NCBI RefSeq assembly: GCF_026571515.1
Contig: NW_026857992.1
Coordinates: 1-64,000 of the forward strand
DNA from: Ruditapes philippinarum
Lineage: Eukaryota
Length of the DNA stretch: 64,000 bases
Direction: 5' to 3'
The notes under the pieces were generated by a model. It ran no database searches, was not told where the DNA came from, and was given only the letters and a program-made list of their open reading frames with translations. Position 1 is the first letter of the stretch; the number at the start of each line of letters is the position of its first letter. The translations under genes and the position numbers were made by a program. This document shows positions 26,572 to 40,053 of the stretch, piece by piece.

Positions 26572-27437
26572 AGGAAGTGGCCCGTACGGCTAGCCAAAAG
26601 TTCTAGCCGTACGTGAAACACGTACATCTAGCCAGGACTCACTGTAATGTCTAGCCGTACGGCACTTTTCAAAATTATATGGAAGTCGAACATGCATATA
26701 TATGTTATTTTGTGCCTAATGATTATGATTTGTTGTTTTATTTGTATGAAAGGTGATTTTTTGTTAATTTAGCACATGGATCAAAAAATAATGATCGGAG
26801 TGGAATAATTAAATGAATATTGAAAAAAAAAAACGGTGAAAAGCAAAAATAATTGTATAATTTTACAGTAGATAAATATCGAACATTAAAGCACAATCAA
26901 TTAATAAGCCTTATTTAAAGCCTACCCAGGGACTGACAATAGAATTTTAAAATGCGTTTCACGGAACATGCAAACTTTCCTTAATGATGCCAATGGACAA
27001 ACTTCTATACCGTCAGTAATTGACGCAATTATCAGAGCCCAACAACAATAATTTTCCATTTTAAAGTTGTCGAAAATTAAACTTAATGAAACAAAAACGG
27101 ATTATCACCAAAATTTTGCAAACTATTTCAATTGATGAATTTGATGTTATTTAACTGCGACCAAACGCTATTTTTTCTCAACGTTTTGAGATGACAAAGA
27201 TCGATATTCGTACTTTTTTACTGTAGCCAGCAAGGCGATTAATCTCTTAAAATACGAAGTCAATTACTGTTTCTTAGTTAAAATCCACGCTTAAACTCAT
27301 AAAATAACATATGCATTTGCGACTTCCATCTAATTTGTAAATGCCGTCCGGCTAGCCAATTCAGTGTGTCATTGCTAGTCGTATGTGACTCACGTAAGGC
27401 TAGAACTTTTGGCTAGCCGTACGGCTAGCCACTTCCT
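26572..27437. mobile_element. MITE with ~140-bp imperfect TIRs in FBXL12 intron 1
   Basis: AGGAAGTGGC..CCGTACGGCTAGCCAAAAGTTCTAGCC at both ends in inverted orientation; no clear TSD. Confidence 0.75.
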
Positions 27438-27623
27438 TCGGCAATTCATGGATGTTCTAAAGTCCAGTTTTTTGAATAACAACACCATTTTGTAACACTT
27501 TAAGATAGTCAGTAAATAAATTTTGACTTCAAATATTCTAAACGGGGTGAATAAAAAATAGTACGAAAATATATGGAACGAATATATTTCTTCATATAAT
27601 GAGGTTTCAAAACATGAATCTAC

Positions 27624-27712
27624 CTGCTTATTTTGCATAATTGTTTTACGGACAAATAACTAAATATCTTTAAAATCAAAACGTCTGGTAAACATGATAG
27701 ATTGACTTCCAT
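27624..27712 (-). CDS. FBXL12: F-box/LRR protein (FBXL12-like), exon 1 (F-box)
   Basis: Not in the ORF track. ATG at 27712; MEVNLSCLPDVLILKIFSYLSVKQLCKIS(R) is a canonical F-box start; donor AG|gtag. Confidence 0.88.
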
Positions 27713-28038
27713 CTTCCCCTTTTGTTTCCTGAAATCCAAGTTTGTGAAACGTAAGAACAACTTTACCAGGATAATTACTAGATTTTATGAAAGTTGTCCC
27801 CCTTTAATTTTGTTGCTAAGGCGCAATAGTTTCTACCTTGGTAATTTATCATATCTGGTTAATTTGAAGGAGAAGACAAAACAACTTTAAATTTTTATTA
27901 CGATTTACTAATCTTTTAAAAAGATAAAGGATTTGTGTAGTTATAGTTTGCATTTTGTCGAAGAATTGGAACTACTTTTTAAGCGTAAAAGAGTCGAAAC
28001 TACGTTGCACGGCACTTCCGCTGTTAATGTAATCAACA
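27713..28038. promoter_or_regulatory. Probable bidirectional promoter/5'UTRs shared by FBXL12-like and CFAP95
   Basis: The two ATGs diverge 326 bp apart; ETS/GABP-type CACTTCCG at ~28013-28020; RFX-like half site GTTGCTAAGG at ~27812. Confidence 0.6.
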
Positions 28039-28142
28039 ATGGCGGCTGTGACAGGAGTTACTGATTACTATGAAAGAAAAGGGTCTCTTTTCTTGAGATC
28101 AGATCATATGAACTATGGAAGAGCTACATTAAACTCCAATTG
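28039..28142 (+). CDS. CFAP95: CFAP95 (C9orf135) ciliary protein, exon 1
   Basis: Not in the ORF track. MAAVTGVTDYYERKGSLFLRSDHMNYGRATLNSN(W) contains the family ERKGSL.LRS.H motif; donor TG|gtaaat. Confidence 0.88.
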
Positions 28143-28834
28143 GTAAATACATTTTTAAGTTTCACTTTCTTTCAATTATGGCGAGGCAGAATAGTCCGTT
28201 TAGTTTGTTTAACATGTTTTTACAAATTTTATGCATAATTTACGGAAGGTTTAGAGCTATACAGAGCCATCGTATATACCGTTTGATTTTTTAGCATGAT
28301 TGGTTGTTACTATGCTGACTAAGAATTAAATCAATCTTTCCTTGAACTGTTGAAGATCATAATCTGATTATTATAGAGGCAACATCAGACTATCATACAA
28401 CTGTACAAAATACCTGTAGGATACCTGCATGATTCTGGGCTCTGGTGGAAGGGCTAAGCCCTTTTTAAGCAAAATAAAAATCAGTTAATAGCGGGTTCAA
28501 AGACCTGGCCCGAAGGTCCTGTTCGCAAAGCGAGCTTTATGGATAAGCGAGTACCAGCTAGCTAGGTAGTTGCATGGTGATGGATTTGCCTTTTTCATTA
28601 AATTAGAAATATGCGTATGTAGTATAGTAAAATATAGGCTTACTATATATTAAGAAAAAAAACAACATACTCTTTGGTAAGACTATCTTTGAAGAGCTTT
28701 AACTTTAACTTCATGGACCTTTATTGTCTTTAACTTAAGAGGATTTTGTTATTTGATATTGTTATAAAGATCTATAATGTATGTTTAATATAATGTACTG
28801 TAGCAAACTTGAACTTTTTTTTTTATCTTTTTAG

Positions 28835-28940
28835 GCATCAAGCCCGTGAGGCAGAACCTAAAGATTATGATCTCAGTCAAAATGAAGAGAGGGACTTGGG
28901 AAAAGCCACATACAAAAGAATAGGCAATGTCACAGACGGA
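28835..28940 (+). CDS. CFAP95: CFAP95, exon 2
   Basis: ttttag|...|gtaagt; (W)HQAREAEPKDYDLSQNEERDLGKATYKRIGNVTDG. Confidence 0.88.
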
Positions 28941-29344
28941 GTAAGTATTTCTGTAATTCATTAATTCTGTAGATTATGGTTAATCCATCATTTCTTGATT
29001 TAATTGTTAAATCTTATATGAGACTTGCTTTTTAATGTATAGTATTTATTGACTTATTTAGCTTCTTATCAACATGTAAATCTAGCTTATTTAAGGTTGG
29101 TGGTGAGGCTCAGATTCCTGCTTGTGTCTGATATAACATATAGAGCAAAGAGGTCTCCTTCAATCAACTTCCAACCCCCCAGAATAATGTGATTGCTGAT
29201 AAAAAAACACAATAGTACCACTAATATAAATAGTACTCATTGTTATTAATTTTTTTCAAATGATTTTTACAAGTGATATGAAAGGCATGATGATTTTATT
29301 TGTTATAGTGTAAAACTATATATGGGAGATATAAAAGCCACCAA

Positions 29345-29430
29345 AAAGCTCAGTTGGTAGAGTCTTATAATGGTAATCCAAGGGTCCATGATTCAAGTCC
29401 CCGGTCAGGCTGCACATTTTTCTCACCCTG
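29345..29430 (+). pseudogene. tRNA-derived fragment (SINE head or tRNA pseudogene)
   Basis: AGCTCAGTTGGTAGAG D-arm and GATTCAAGTCC T-arm-like motif, but no proper acceptor or anticodon stems. Confidence 0.5.
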
Positions 29431-29622
29431 AAATATATGTATTGAATTATATGGTGCATCACATGACTTGTTATATAATGACCTAGACACATTTAAAATA
29501 AATACATAAAAAGTATTGAAAACATACTGCTTTTTTCATTTAAAGTCTTGTGATAAAAAATCAATGATCCTTTTATATGTTGTGAATTAATTCATATGCT
29601 TACTTTATTTTTCATTATTTAG

Positions 29623-29747
29623 AATCTGCCAAATACTACATATCAAGCCTTTGCTGAGCAAACCAAACTTAAACCAAATTTTACAGAAAGGGAAGTTAGG
29701 AAGCCAATGGTTAATCTGGAGACCCTAGACCATGTTGATATGGAAAG
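29623..29747 (+). CDS. CFAP95: CFAP95, exon 3
   Basis: atttag|...|gtaaaa; NLPNTTYQAFAEQTKLKPNFTEREVRKPMVNLETLDHVDME(R); phases fit both neighbours. Confidence 0.82.
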
Positions 29748-30564
29748 GTAAAACACTGACATTTATGCTCATTTTTTGTCTGGCATTATGCTCATAATTT
29801 GTCTGTCAATTGAGCTGAATTAGCGTTATATAATTATTATACATGTTTATGAAAAGATTGACTGTTATAATGGGGACTGACCAATACTTGATAATGACAA
29901 ATAAGATAAATATAGAATTGCTGGCTAAATAAGTAAAAATGAGCTAAATATAAAAAAACAGTGCCACACTCACTATCAATTGAACATAAACCAATTACAT
30001 TCCAAAGGATATTTATGGAATCAGTGAAACATGCATCAGTTGCATCTCCATGGTTATTGATAATTTATGAGTACCAAGATACTAAATTGGAAACAATTAT
30101 GGCAAATATAAATATATAATTATAGAATGATATTTTGACAATTAAAGTTGTCTCCCTTTTACTTACTTTTTTTCATTTTGAAGTCCAGAAAAAAAACATT
30201 GCCATCTGCAAGTTAATTGTTGCTCTTTCTATCAATATTAAGAACTAATAGTACAATTATATAATGGACTTTCCCTGCTTTGAATTGGCTCAGTCCATTA
30301 CTATTCTAAGGGTTTCAATAAGTTTTTTTTAGAAAAAGCTAAACATTGAGTCTTCTGGTCTTGCATGGATGTAAAGGCCACATCATCACAAGAGATATTG
30401 GGTCATAAACTGTTTTTTTATATGCCAAATAATTATTAGAATGATAATACATTAGAGCCCTTTATAGGCGTTTGTTATTTTATTTTAGAGGTAATATTTG
30501 AAAATATGAGGCTAATTGGTATAAGAAAATGAATTTTATTAATAATTTTGACATATATTTGCAG

Positions 30565-30697
30565 AGAGATTGGAGCACCAAAGCATGGCTACGGCTCAGT
30601 TTTACCTCGCCATAATCCAGATTACAATAAACATTACCTTGACAGTACACACAGAGCAGACTTCAAACCACCAAATCCAGATTATGTTCCTGTTCCG
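30565..30697 (+). CDS. CFAP95: CFAP95, exon 4
   Basis: ttgcag|...|gtaaat; EIGAPKHGYGSVLPRHNPDYNKHYLDSTHRADFKPP, matching the G(F/Y)G.V.PRH.PD motif. Confidence 0.9.
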
Positions 30698-30792
30698 GTA
30701 AATACTGTCTTATAGCATAAATGATTAGTCAAATATATCCTATCTAAACACTAACTAAATATGTTGTTGGTTAAAATCCTGCAACATACATT

Positions 30793-30978
30793 GGATTCTT
30801 TCATGTGCCAGAAAGCTATCCAGCTTGCTTACTGAACATTGCTGTGGTTCTACTCGGGTGCCCGCTTGTTTCTGAAATATGCACTGAGGTCTTCCTCAAC
30901 CAGTAAAGCTGAAAGTTGCAATATGACTTTTAGAAATGTTGGTGTGACTTAAAATCACTAACCAAAAAGAAAAAAAAA
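30793..30978 (+). mobile_element. 5'-truncated SINE in a CFAP95 intron
   Basis: Homologous to the body and tail of 16940-17197. Confidence 0.65.
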
Positions 30979-31468
30979 TTGCAAAGAGACATTTGTCTTA
31001 TTCACTAGAAGTATAAACAAACTCATTTTACTGCAAATTATTTTACATTTATAGTTTTGTGCCTTTAAAAAAAGTTAGGACATAATTAAAGATAAAAAAG
31101 GTAATATAATCACTTAAATGAAATAAAGGAGTAAAACAGATACCAATATTTTTCATATTTTTTTTTTTGTAGCTTCTGGTGATTGTTTCCAGAATTATAA
31201 GATATATTATGCGAATGATACAGCTTGATCATATAGAAATACGGGGGTTAATCCCTCAAAAATTGTAACAGATAATGCTTTGGATTGTTTGCTTAATTCA
31301 CTTTGTTTAATTTATTAGATTATGATATGAATTCAATTTTTTTTATATCTTGATTGCCTCATTGACGTTTACAGTGTATAATTGAATTGATAGAAAAGGT
31401 GCATTTATCATAAACAAAACAAATATGTGATTATAACAAAATTTCATTTCTCTCCCTGTATTATGTAG

Positions 31469-31657
31469 GAATGTCCACCAGACTTTGAAGACAAGTCATC
31501 TGCCTATAGAAAATGTCACTCACAGTTTACCGACACTGCTGACTACAGAAGACCCGGCAGAAACACATGGCAGGATGAATCAGGAATTTATACAAATACC
31601 CATTACAAACGTGAAGTATTCAAACCAACAGAAACCATACCACCACAGCTTAGTTAA
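31469..31657 (+). CDS. CFAP95: CFAP95, last exon with stop
   Basis: atgtag|; ...YRKCHSQFTDTADYRRPGRNTWQDESGIYTN..., matching family RKC.SQFTD and G.NTW.DESGIY.N; TAA at 31655-31657. Confidence 0.92.
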   Translation, partial: ECPPDFEDKSSAYRKCHSQFTDTADYRRPGRNTWQDESGIYTNTHYKREVFKPTETIPPQLS

Positions 31658-34600
31658 AATAAATCCAAATTTTTTATTTTTATTTTTTTAATTGGCATTC
31701 ATAGAACTTTTTAAACATTTTTTTTTTTACAAAATGCCAATTTGAAAAACCTACAATAAAAGATATTAATTTAACAGAGTTTGGATATTTGTATATCACC
31801 ATCATTGACTGAATGTGTTGTTTTAGTAAAAGATGAAAATGAGGTGAAAATTCAGTGTTAGCCAATTAATATATGATTAATATAACTATTAATATTTTCA
31901 CCATTTCAATTATAAATGCATTATAGTACATAAAATCTGAATTATTGACCTAAAAAAAAGCGCATAAATGACTACTTTTCTTTAGAGCTATTTCAAAATA
32001 ATGAATAATTAATATAAGGGTGAAAAACATTTAATATACCTAAATGAGTTTTATGTTAAAAACCTTATTGTATAGCTGTAAAAAAGCATTTTGCTTGTCT
32101 AAAACAATAGGTCCGTTATGGAAATGATTGAAAATAAAATCTGTGAAGTGGCTTTTAAAATATTTTCCTAATTGTTATGTATTTGTGGAGCTTTTTACAA
32201 GTTTTTAGAGGTTATCTTTTACCTTTTTGTTTCTAAAAGACACATTATATAAAAAAAAATTATATTTATAACAACTTTTTTTAGCACTCTGATTATAAAA
32301 AGCCCATGTCAAATATCATTAATTTGTATAATGTAATTCACATTCATGTACATGTGTTGTATGAAGAAACGTGGTAATGAAAACAAATCAATTCAATTTT
32401 TGAATATATATACATGTTGATTGTTATACTTTTGTTTGATTAAATTTTGATAAAAAAAAATTGTTTATATAAATACATGTCTTTTTTGAAGTCATTTTAA
32501 AGTTTTTAAGTGATGCCATATTAAGACTGGAAAAGGCTTTAGGTTTCTAAGATTTATCACTTAATGTTAAGTCTTTGAATTCCAAAGTGATATCAAGGTT
32601 TTAGAGCAAATGCTTTTATTTGCAAGTTTGTTATTTTAATTTTATAAAAGAATAAACGCTCTATGTTGGTTTTGTCGTGATGTTTGATAAAAAATGTATT
32701 ATACAATACCTGGGAGATAATATATTATGTCCCAGATAATACTTATGCAATAGTAGTCATATATTGTAGTTTTTGTCAACTTTTAAAAGATAAAGATATA
32801 TTTTCAAGATTTTTTTGTGATACATTCTGCCAAACATGTTAGTGTATATGATGCAAAGGGCATATTTTATATTGCCTCAAAATGTATTCTTCTTATGACT
32901 TTTTTAGTCCTAAAGCGTTGATAGAACATCACCTCTACAAAGCAAGTTTACCATTGGTCATATTCAAATTCAATGATTTGAACCAGCCAATTAGATGTTG
33001 TTTTGTATTGAGAATGAACTTTTAATTGAAATATTTTATTGGAACATTTGACTTTTCCACCAGAAGTATTACATAACAGAAGCATTGTCCAGTGTAGCAT
33101 TATAATAGTGTGATATTACAAACATGGTAATGTTTATATGTGTGTTAAGTAATTGTTATTGTAATTTTGGTATAAAACTATACATGTATTCATCAACCCA
33201 ATTTTATTCAATAAATATTTATAAATAAACACCCTGGCTATTGTAAATTGTTAACCCCAACTGTTTTTTAATATCAGCTGCTGAAATTATGTAATCTCCC
33301 AAATGAAAGCATAGAAATTACTTTGACTCACTCCCTCCCTGTGTACATCTATGTTTCTAGTAATGGATAAGTAATTTTCTGCATTTTCATTCATTTTTAC
33401 TGACCTTCAGGATAAAGAAAAAGTTATTTTTGCAGAATATGACATGCCATTTTTTTTACGCAGGATAGCATGCTATATAATAATCACTCACATTTGATAA
33501 CAACGGTTTTTCGAGTACCTTTGTATCCCATTAACCACGGCAGGTAATTTTTGAAATTTCACACATATACCAGCATGCCCGGAATCATAACTGTAGGTAA
33601 ATGTCTAAGACCCATAATTCTGGCAAGGAATTTTTAATTTTTCTCCTTATTGTACTAAGCAATGCTTGTGTTATATAGATCTACGATATTCGTGTATCGG
33701 GCAACGTTCGTTTAAGCCTTTATATTTCCATCATCACACCAATGGCTGCTTGTGAGTGAAACTTTTATTGCATGCAACATTGCCAAGTCAGCATTTTCTG
33801 TCTGTAATTGACCCGAAATCAAAGTTTTCGACAACCAGTTGTATTTGGCTCCAAAGCATCCGCAGCATGACCCTAATTATTTCAGATCGTCACCTTAGTG
33901 CAGTAACGGGTTAACTCCTATTGAACTATATAACGAGTTAACCCGTGCACTTAGGAGACGATTTGTCGCGAGAGTGTCAACAAAAAGGACTTCTTTGTTG
34001 ACCCGGATGCCATCCACTGTCTGGCAAAAGCTGTGCTCTGTGAAGAAGTGAACTTTCTAACCACATAACGAGTGCCAAATTGATGAAATGATTAACAACG
34101 AAAGGCAAAGTATAAATTACCTAAAAGGACATGCATAAATCTTATCATTTCATTTATTAAAGTAAATATCTAAATTTTCTTTTATGAAAACTTGCTTTGA
34201 CAGAAGAAATTATATAGGTTCAGGTTGGTATTTTTGTAACAAGTATACACACTTTTTGAGTTTTTTTTTTAGTTTTTTTATTTCAACGCATGTCATTTCA
34301 TGAAATATAGGGACATAGTGCTTTCTTGAGGCATTTAAGAAAATATATATTTCTGTTTAGCATACAAAACTAACAAATTCATACAATTATACATTCATAA
34401 CAATAATAAAATCAGAATTTACCCCTCGTGAACATTTAAATTTTCATTTACACATATAATGTATATAATTTATACATATTTGATGAAAATAAAAGTTCTG
34501 TAACAAACTCGTAAAGTCTATTAACTTTTAAACTTGAACAATGTTTATAATTATATGTTTATTAGTGTGGTCCAACTAAGTCCCTTTTGGCAAAATTTAA

Positions 34601-36480
34601 GCGAAATTCTGACCCAGAACAAAAATATTTTGAAGAATCTAGCTTTGGCACGTCAAAATATTTTGAATTGACGTTTTGGTGCGTTGATTCAACGTAACAA
34701 AGAAATTGTACATGTTAGTTTAGAAAAATCTTTTATGCTCTATTGCAAACACGGGTATTGCATGTAAAGATGACTAATAAAATTTTCATATATTTATAAA
34801 CACAATAAACATGAATACCGTAATTATATCAATCACGCGTGCACATAAAGTATGACTTGTCAAATTCTCTATGTTCACTAAAATCTCATATATATGTAAT
34901 GTGTATAATTATAATCACAAAAATATATCGTACACCGGCCTATCGTTTAGTATCTATCCATTGACAATTCTCCTATTTTTATTAATAAATATATTGGCCT
35001 TTAAATCGGCCATATTACAACTACTTGTGTTAAACGATACTTGAATTATATAAAGCGTGTCTTTTGCGTGCTTTATATAATCCAAGGACATTATAAACGC
35101 ATATATCTGTCCCTGTCACATTCTGTGAGACAAGTATATAATGTAAAAACCTTGCGGGGATGTATTCTTTTTGAAAGATCTTATCACCGTGACACCCTGT
35201 TTCAATCTGGGACAAAAAATGCTTGTCCCATTTTCATTTAAAAAAAAGACAACACTTTAAAGAATGCAAATACTTTCCCATATATTGATATAATATTACG
35301 TGAACATTACTTCATTTTGGGTCAAAACGCTCACGTGATTATCTGACTCACGTGACTTTCCAAAGATTATTTCAGGTATGCTCGGGTACTACGTACCTGG
35401 CACTTTAGTATAGAACCCAAGGTCGACCACCCGTAAGCTAGCTGGGTAGCATCTTTTGCACCTGATTGGGCACAATTTATTTCAAAAATATAGATGGAGC
35501 ATGCAAGCAGTGTATTTCTATGCGTAGCAACATGGCAAATTAGTAATAAAAAAGTAAAATAAAGATGATTAAAAAAGTGAATTATTTAACTTGCTTAAGT
35601 TAACATTAACATGTAGTTATGTTGATAAAATTATTCAATATTTATCAGCAGAACTGAGGAGGTACGTCTGTTATATATTTGATACACTATTTTAGAAAAA
35701 AAAACATCCTGCGTAGTGTATCTAATTTATACATGTAGTTGCACATACATCAATTAAGACAGGCAATTACTTGTACACGAAGCTAAACATTAACTAATTT
35801 ACACATACACATGTACATGCAGAAAGTTCTACTCAGCATTCTTTTCAAATTGTACGCGTTTTCTGAATTATATGTCTACAGTACCATTTCTTATAAGTTC
35901 TTACCAGAGATGTTGACAATTTCTAAGTTTAACGGCAGTTGACAACACTCGCATTAAACACAAGTCCGAACCACGTTGATTTTCTTAGCCTATTGTGTAA
36001 ACATTTGTTTTGCATTTATAATCATTTGTCAGTATCATCATATTGAGAACCATCATTTGTAAAAAGTGAATTATATATATATTTCTTTAAGAATTCGCAG
36101 ATTTACATTTTTCTACTGCTGTTCTAGTTTGCTAGCCCTCTGAAATCGTGTTTCATTTGATCATGATAGTTTAGATGTATGATGAAATATACAAATAGTC
36201 GGGTGTTGAATACTAAAGTAAAGTACTAAAATAATTCAATTGGAACCTCTCTATACACACGCAATTTAAAAGCTTTCAATTTATTGTACAACCGGTTATA
36301 AGTGCGTTTTTTTCATTTGACATTGTCAAAGTCGTAACATTCTTTGAACAAAGGTAATGTTTTCAACTAATACTGTAAAATGATATGGGTATAAATCAGT
36401 TTTAATTATAAAAGAAATCAACGTCATCTGACGTTGCTCATATTATTTTTACCTTGAAATAATTGAAGGTAAAGTTGTTT

Positions 36481-37316
36481 TTATATGTAAATATATGTAG
36501 CAGTCACGCCAAACTGTCCCGTGTTCCTAGCACTTGGGGATTCTCCAATGTCATCCCCGTCATCAAGAGGCAATTTTTTACCCCCTACTTGGAGAAATCG
36601 TTGAGCAAACTTGAACTTGAATTTCAAGTCTCGCGCGAAATTACTTCCTGTTGTTTCACAGAGCCGGAGACCATTTTTCACAACCGGATGTGACTGAAGT
36701 TCCGTAAAGTTCAGCGCGAGATGAAATGTCAAAGGTGAACTTAACGGAAGTTCCATCAGAGTGTAGCCAGATTTGTCAAGAACACATCCTAATATGGTAG
36801 TTTCCTCGTAAGAATCGAGTAATGTGAACAATCCAGTGAATGAAGTAAGCCTCGGTTTGAATCTTCCACGGATATAGCGTACAATTATCGGAAACTTTTG
36901 TTTCTCGATCAAATCTTCACTCCTGACAGACATTCTTCCGGTTCCATCCAGATCGTTTGGTAATATTTCAACGAATTCCCCGCCTTGAGACACTGGTATG
37001 ACAATATTGTTGTCTTTGTCATCTCGACATTTTAGATAGTTCGTCTGCTGTGATATGCTATTTTTATGATGAAGAATTTTCCCGTCCTGCTTCACCTTTG
37101 CGCTTCCAGAGAAAACATTATCGATAACGAACACGTTTCCAGGTACATAATCTACCCTGGGGTAATCGCCCATTCCATTTGGACTGTTTATGATCCTGAA
37201 AGCTGCGATTTTGGTAAGATTTAGAAAAGCTTTGATATTGTTATGAGCCAGAGAGTCGATGGTTTTGTGAGTGGTATGATCTTTAGATGTCCTTGACCTT
37301 AACCGCAGAAAAAAAC
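36481..37316 (-). CDS. CABIT-domain protein, last coding exon
   Basis: ttttcag| in phase with the previous exon; YLKCRDDKDNNIVIPVSQGGEF fits the CABIT Cys motif (hxC...hxhPhxxxGxF); also FPIIVR and TTILGC...ELPL. Confidence 0.82.
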
Positions 37317-38305
37317 CTGAAAATACAAATAGAATCAATGAATATTATTGTATTAATAAATAGAAAATATACTCAATCCTATTGCGTGAAGTGTAAACAT
37401 TTGGTGAATGAATTCATTTAAACGACTCATTTATGTCATTTTCTAAGTAAACCATATTTTAATTGACCTGGAAAGGGGTTGTCTTAAGTAACCCTTTCCT
37501 GCTGGAACCGGTCCTGCTGGAACCGGTTTATATTAAATAGCAGTATGCACGCCCCGGAGTCTGATCAGGCTCAATATCACTGAGTTATTTTCATCTTGAT
37601 ATCCCAAAAATAGAAACTGGACAGTTTCAAAAATTGAAGCTGGACAACTCCATTCAAGAAAGTCAGCAGAATAACGATTTAGGATGGTTAAGTGTCACAT
37701 TATAGTTTACTGATTATGCGATCATTAATACGTCTTTATAAACTATTTGTACATGAAAATTGACTAAACTCTAAACATAATTATATAACTTATTCTTTTT
37801 TTTTAAGTCACGTGGGTTCATTCTTTCACAAGATGGTTAAATCTGTTCAAAGAGTCTCTATAAATTTACATCTTGAGAATATCACATTATTTTACATAAA
37901 TAATGTATTCAAATAACATAACTAAACACATTTTAATTCAACTCTAGGTCAATGTAGAATAACGAACAATCCATCTCAGTTGAATTTAATGTTTGCATAA
38001 GTCATTTTGGTAAATAAAAATCTTTTCAGACAGCCAGCCAGAGCAAAGTAGCTTAGAATAGCGTGGGATATTTTCTTTTTTGAAAAAAGAATTACATTGA
38101 AATATTGAATAGTGAAATATGATAGCATTAATAATGTATTTCTTTGCATAAAAAGGACCACTCTTCAACCCAACCCTTATAATATGCGGTATGGATGAAA
38201 GTCGTAAGATAAAATCCAGTAGGTGCATGCATTCTGTGCATAGAATGATATTTTTAAAGCGTTTATTACAAATGACAGTATTATTCAAGGGGTTATATTG
38301 AAGAA

Positions 38306-38610
38306 GTTTGTTTTGTTGGGTTAAGTCTCATTTTAAACAGTATTTAAGTCATATTTCAGCGTTCGAGTGTTCCTGGAGTTTGTACCAGCTCTAACCTGTT
38401 TCCCCCTAAACAGAACTGCAAACATCTAACATGTAAATCCATGAAGACTGTGATAGAAGAAGATGAATGGTATAGGAAATACTGATCGTCAACCACGTCA
38501 TCAACAAAAAAAACCCAAAAACCCCCCAAAAACAACAACAACGAACAAACCACGTGACTCACACGCAGGACTGGAACTCAAGACTCCTAGTCCACAGACG
38601 TAATGCATTT
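38306..38610 (-). mobile_element. Degenerate SINE, reverse orientation
   Basis: Starts with the reverse complement of the 11745-11777 SINE tail. Confidence 0.45.
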
Positions 38611-40053
38611 CCTAATATGCTTACAGAATTAACGTTATCAGTGCATTAGTCGAAGAAAAAAAGTAGCTTTAGAATAATTTTCATGTTTCATTTTGTGGCT
38701 TTTACTAACTCACCAAAATATTTCTTGTGTCTGACTGTGAATTTTTTTTTTCTTTCATCTTTTAAAGTCATATAAGAATTCAAATTTGAAGAAAACGAGA
38801 AAAATAGTTTTAAAATTTCACACAATATATTTAATATGCCTTTGCTAATGCGGGGTATTCAGATGGACAGAAATATGTTTACATTGCTTCGAGGCACACA
38901 TCTGTTCGTGTATTTCAATTAATCATACATTAATATCTTTTATCACCTTACAAATCTATATAAATCGTTTAAGAAGATTTTGTGACAGTATCTCAACATT
39001 CTTCTCTAAGTGTATCCCCAACTGGGACAAAAACTAGGGTGCTGAAGGGTGGTGAAGAATTTAACTGTTTTTTAATCCATGGATGCAAGAAGCAATAATT
39101 TCTTATCCATTTCATTTTAAGGTGTATTTTATCCGAATGTAAACCTTTTAACAACACAGTTTTCCTTCAGGTATCATATATATAATTACATAATTGAACA
39201 AAACAATTAATGTACAGAAACTCCTTGAACGTAATTGTTAAAATTTGTTCCAAACAAAATTAAAAAAAGAAGAAATTCTTAAATAAATATATGATACATG
39301 TTTTGTTCTTGCCTTTAAAACATTTGATAATGTTGTATTTAAGAAAAATGATTAAATTTAATGTCAAACAGTGAAAACTTTTAAAATATTTTTTCTTTTC
39401 TGTAATTTAAAATCTTTAAACTCCAAGGTATATGGTTCTTTTCACATTCATGAATAATAAATATATCGAAAGGCATTTTTGTTCCATTAAAAAGATGATT
39501 TAAGGTTACGTATAGCTTGTACCATACGATATATGTTATTGAATATTTATAACATTATGCATCCCATTTATCGATAATAGATATTTCGTACCAAATACGG
39601 GCAATGTTCCCGTTGATAATATACCAGGATGTACGACAAATATAAAATTGTTTGCTCATTATACCCCCATAATGATTTTATGTTCATTTTGAAAAGCATT
39701 TTTAGTGTCCTACTATATATAGTCCAAAACGTTACCCACTAGCCAATTACCTGAACCATCTTTTGCTTCTTTTGCTTTTTATCATTAGTAAAATATACTG
39801 ATTTTGTATGGAAGTCAAAATACTACTTTGTTTATATTTTGTTACTTTTAAGTTTTATGACAGATAATTTTAAAATTAGGCGCTAATTTCTTCAGGTGAT
39901 ACGCATTTAACAATTATTAAATGTAATAAAACAACTGTTTGCCCGTTCCAATGAATGTAAAACTATTCGTTTCTGAGGAAAAATCTGCTTGTTTGAACCG
40001 AAAATGATTAGCCTTTGTCAAAGTATAGAGCAAGACTTTGCTACAAGTATAGG

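Noticed and set aside
29345-29430. Functional tRNA gene
   Set aside because: Cloverleaf cannot be completed; treated as a tRNA-derived relic.
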